Made by a program: the position numbers and the translations under genes. Under the pieces are notes generated by a model. The model searched no databases and had not been told where the DNA came from. It saw only the letters and a program-made list of their open reading frames with translations. From Candidatus Aenigmatarchaeota archaeon (GTDB lineage Archaea > Aenigmatarchaeota > Aenigmatarchaeia > CG10238-14 > SCSR01), in contig JAWBTW010000004.1 of the NCBI GenBank assembly GCA_039000165.1, forward strand, positions 4,228 to 32,370: DNA of 28,143 bases, read 5' to 3'. How positions within the stretch are numbered: the stretch's first letter is position 1; every line of letters begins with the position of its first letter. Of the stretch, positions 25,535 to 28,143 are shown in pieces.

Positions 25535-26643
25535 CCCATATAACTGATAATTAGAGTAACATCAGCCAAATTATAGAAACCGTCAGGAGGTTCTGTAGAA
25601 AAGGATATAAGGTTCATTCCTTTTCTTAAAGCTATTTCACCAGGATAAAGTGTTTTGCTTATAATTTCACCAGCTTTTTTATTAACCTTATAAGCTTCTT
25701 TTTCGTTTATTTTTACTATCAAATCTTTTGTTGGGTTAGAGTCTTTAACTCTTGCACTAAGTAAAGCGTACTTAAAATTGTTAACTTCCTTATCGCTAAG
25801 CTCAAAATTAAAACTTTTCTCACTAACTCCATAGTAAAATATTCCAAACTTTGCACTAGAGATTTTGTAAACAGTGCTCATCCAGAACTTCCATCCAGGC
25901 AAACCTGCTTTTATTGTAACATAGTTTGATTTCTCTATTTTAGAAGCATTTAGTGGGATAACTACTTCTCCAGGTTTTACGTTTTGGTTGTAAACTTCTT
26001 CGCCGTTAAACTCAACTATCAAATTTCCTGCGTTGTTTGTATCTTCTACCAAAATACTGATAAAACCACCGTTGATCATTCGAAACATTTCCTCGCTTAT
26101 TGATTCATGTGTTAGAGTTGAGGAATACTCTGAAAAATAACCTTTAGAAACCTCAAAACTGTACTTTGAAGCTAAAACTTCTGAACCAACTGAATGACTT
26201 ACAGAAAAGTCTCCAAAGTAAAAGTTTCTCTGGAGTTGCTGAACTAGAACTCTTGTTACGTTTATGGTTACAGGAATCGAGACATTTCCACCAGTAAAAG
26301 CTATTTGAATCTTTCCTCTGTATACTTTTTCGACTGTCATTTCTGGCACAAATATAGTAACAGTAACAACTTCTGAACCAGAAACGTCAAAATTTTCTTT
26401 ATCAAAACTTAAGAAAGACCTTACTTCTCCTGTTACTATAAAAGTAACGTTTGTTGCAGTACCGTTTAAATTTAACTCTAAAGTTTGATAATTTCCTGGT
26501 TCAATTTTTACTGAAATGGAAGAAGGAGTAACATTCAAAAATTCTGATGGAGCAGAAGTCCAAGCTACCATCATAACTATTATTAAAACAAGCCCTGCGA
26601 GTAAAACAAAGGCAAATTCGTCTATTCTTGCCTGTGCTTTCAA
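25531..26643 (-). CDS. Surface protein with class III-like signal peptide and Ig/beta-sandwich domains
   Basis: TTG start with AGGTG SD; MKA|QARIDEF followed by a hydrophobic helix; beta-rich body. Confidence 0.65.
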   Translation of the reverse strand: MKAQARIDEFAFVLLAGLVLIIVMMVAWTSAPSEFLNVTPSSISVKIEPGNYQTLELNLNGTATNVTFIVTGEVRSFLSFDKENFDVSGSEVVTVTIFVPEMTVEKVYRGKIQIAFTGGNVSIPVTINVTRVLVQQLQRNFYFGDFSVSHSVGSEVLASKYSFEVSKGYFSEYSSTLTHESISEEMFRMINGGFISILVEDTNNAGNLIVEFNGEEVYNQNVKPGEVVIPLNASKIEKSNYVTIKAGLPGWKFWMSTVYKISSAKFGIFYYGVSEKSFNFELSDKEVNNFKYALLSARVKDSNPTKDLIVKINEKEAYKVNKKAGEIISKTLYPGEIALRKGMNLISFSTEPPDGFYNLADVTLIISYMG

Positions 26644-26696
26644 AAAAACACCTAATTTAACTTTGTTTTTTTAACAATTAATTTTTATTTATTATT

Positions 26697-27356
26697 ATGA
26701 AAATTCTTGAAAAAGACTTTAAAAAAGGCTTTGTCAGGCTTATCCCTGAGAATTTTCTAGACTTATGGCATCTTTCTAAAATAATTGAAGCTAAAGATAA
26801 GATAACAGCCAAAACAGTAAGAAACATTTTTGTTGAGAGAGAAGGGAAAAAAGTAAAATCAAGAAAAGTTGCTTTGGTCCTTTCTCTTGAAGTAGAAAAA
26901 GTTGGAATAGAAAAAAACAAGTTGAGAATAAAAGGGAAGATATTAGAAGCCCCAAAAGAAATTCAAAAAGGAAGCTACCACACGATTGAGATTCTTGCAG
27001 GAAATAGTTTTATCCTAGAGAAAAAAGAATGGAGAAAAGAGCAGATGGAAAAAATAGAAAAACTGACAAGAAGAATTAAAAAAGCTTACTCGCTTAAAGA
27101 ATTTTTTGCTCATATAAACAAGCTTGACGGTTTGGCAATTTATGGTTTGGAAGAAGTTAGAAATGCGGCCTTATTTGGAGCAATTAAAATTCTTTTTGTT
27201 CCTTTAGAAGGTTTAAATGAAAAAACTGAAGAAGTAATAGAAGAGGTTGAGAAAAAAGGTGGAGAAATAGAATTTGTTAGCGAAAAGGAAGAGTTGGGTA
27301 AAAAATTTTTGAAAGAATATGGAATCGGAGCAATCCTTAGGTTTAAAATTAGCTAG
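26697..27356 (+). CDS. pelA: Pelota/Dom34 homologue, shortened (domains 1 and 3 only)
   Basis: PENFLDLWHL..II...D, LRIKGKI, GSYHTIEI (eRF1_1-like); AIYGLEEV..A..FGAI, GIGAILRF (eRF1_3-like); only 219 aa. Confidence 0.85.
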   Translation: MKILEKDFKKGFVRLIPENFLDLWHLSKIIEAKDKITAKTVRNIFVEREGKKVKSRKVALVLSLEVEKVGIEKNKLRIKGKILEAPKEIQKGSYHTIEILAGNSFILEKKEWRKEQMEKIEKLTRRIKKAYSLKEFFAHINKLDGLAIYGLEEVRNAALFGAIKILFVPLEGLNEKTEEVIEEVEKKGGEIEFVSEKEELGKKFLKEYGIGAILRFKIS

Positions 27357-27537
27357 CTCTTTTCTTTAAAGATGTTATGTAGCCTGCTATCATATTTCTT
27401 AACTTTTTCGATTTTATTTCTACAAGTTGCTTAACAACTTCTTTATTCTTTGAAAAATCGCTAGAAAACTTATCGGGATACTTTTCCACAAGCTCTAAAG
27501 CGATTGTCTTGACAAAAGAAGTTTTAATTCTTCCCAT
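27349..27537 (-). CDS. rps17e: 30S ribosomal protein S17e
   Basis: MGRIKTSFVK...FSSDFSKNK...SKKLRNMIAGYIT. Confidence 0.96.
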   Translation of the reverse strand: MGRIKTSFVKTIALELVEKYPDKFSSDFSKNKEVVKQLVEIKSKKLRNMIAGYITSLKKRAS

Positions 27538-27573
27538 GTAAACCACTCGCCTTCCTGAAATACATAGAAATCA

Positions 27574-28140
27574 CTAAGGTGTAACTCTTGATAAGGAATA
27601 ATAAGTTACATCTCCTTCTTTATCTACAACAGCCCACCACATAGTAGCCCTTATGTTATGAGCAAGTCTAACTGCGCGAGACATCTCAGGTAAGGAAAAA
27701 GCAGCCTCTTCAGCAACTGCATGAACTATTGCTTTTGTATGTTCATGAGGCGCTTTTGGTCCTCTTTTCAATTTTACTCCTCTTTCATAAAGTCTAAAGT
27801 GGGCACCAAACTTAAAACCAGTCTTAACCAAATAACCTCTATTCCTTAAATCACGATAAACTATAAATTGAGGATGAAATTGATTAACATTTTTTGTTCC
27901 AATTTCCATTAGTTCAGGTAATTCAATTTTTCTTTTTTTATCGTCTTCTTTAACAAAAACTTTTATCTTTCCTTTTTCAAGCAAATAGGCAGCTTCTATT
28001 AAGTCAAGCTCAAGCCTATTCGGGCTTTCCTCAGGTAAAGGCTTTCCATAGCCAGATTCATCATAAAGAATTACTGCTTCAGGATCCCAAATTATTACTC
28101 TATTCTCTAATAGTTCGCCTTCCCAAACTTTTTCGCTCAT
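27574..28140 (-). CDS. endA: tRNA-splicing endonuclease (single-unit size)
   Basis: LDLIEAAYL, VYRDLRNRGYLVKTGFKFGAHFRLYERG, EH, AVVDKEGDVTYY. Confidence 0.93.
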   Translation of the reverse strand: MSEKVWEGELLENRVIIWDPEAVILYDESGYGKPLPEESPNRLELDLIEAAYLLEKGKIKVFVKEDDKKRKIELPELMEIGTKNVNQFHPQFIVYRDLRNRGYLVKTGFKFGAHFRLYERGVKLKRGPKAPHEHTKAIVHAVAEEAAFSLPEMSRAVRLAHNIRATMWWAVVDKEGDVTYYSLSRVTP

Positions 28141-28143
28141 AAC

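Noticed and set aside
2700..26920. Short alternative-frame or antisense ORFs in the track (e.g. 2700, 3294, 4109, 5433, 5698, 6179, 6277, 7407, 8094, 9244, 10098, 12027, 12990, 14691, 15488, 17153, 17615, 18086, 21634, 23510, 26678)
   Set aside because: They are shadows of longer, motif-supported genes and have no recognisable features

Overview
AT-rich archaeal genomic window, probably DPANN (Aenigmarchaeota-like; inferred from gene content and style, not tested). Bases 1-14025 form a compact cell-surface locus. It encodes two MinD/ParA ATPases (one fused to a wHTH), a secreted 291-aa protein resembling a donor-strand filament subunit, and six signal-peptide/Ig-fold proteins, four with C-terminal membrane anchors. 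It also encodes a 917-aa Asp-box beta-propeller adhesin whose C-terminal domain resembles the putative subunit, a Cys-rich secreted protein, a small HExxH membrane protein and a small conserved protein. This is the best candidate for an undescribed system: a MinD-associated, non-type-IV pilus/filament assembly locus. The rest is mostly housekeeping: flavin reductase, AMMECR1, acs, SRP RNA, an ATPase-less Lon-type protease, S2P protease, EndoQ, tRNA-Val(CAC), two lipoproteins, two class III signal peptide proteins, DUF63, pelota, rpS17e and EndA. Oddities there include an SRP RNA apparently lacking helix 6, a pelota lacking its middle domain, an EndA with Ala at the catalytic Lys position, and two small genes missed by the ORF track (a 57-aa 8-Cys zinc finger with a ribosomal-stalk-like tail and a 29-aa poly-Glu peptide). 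All family calls come from motif recognition by eye; no searches were run.
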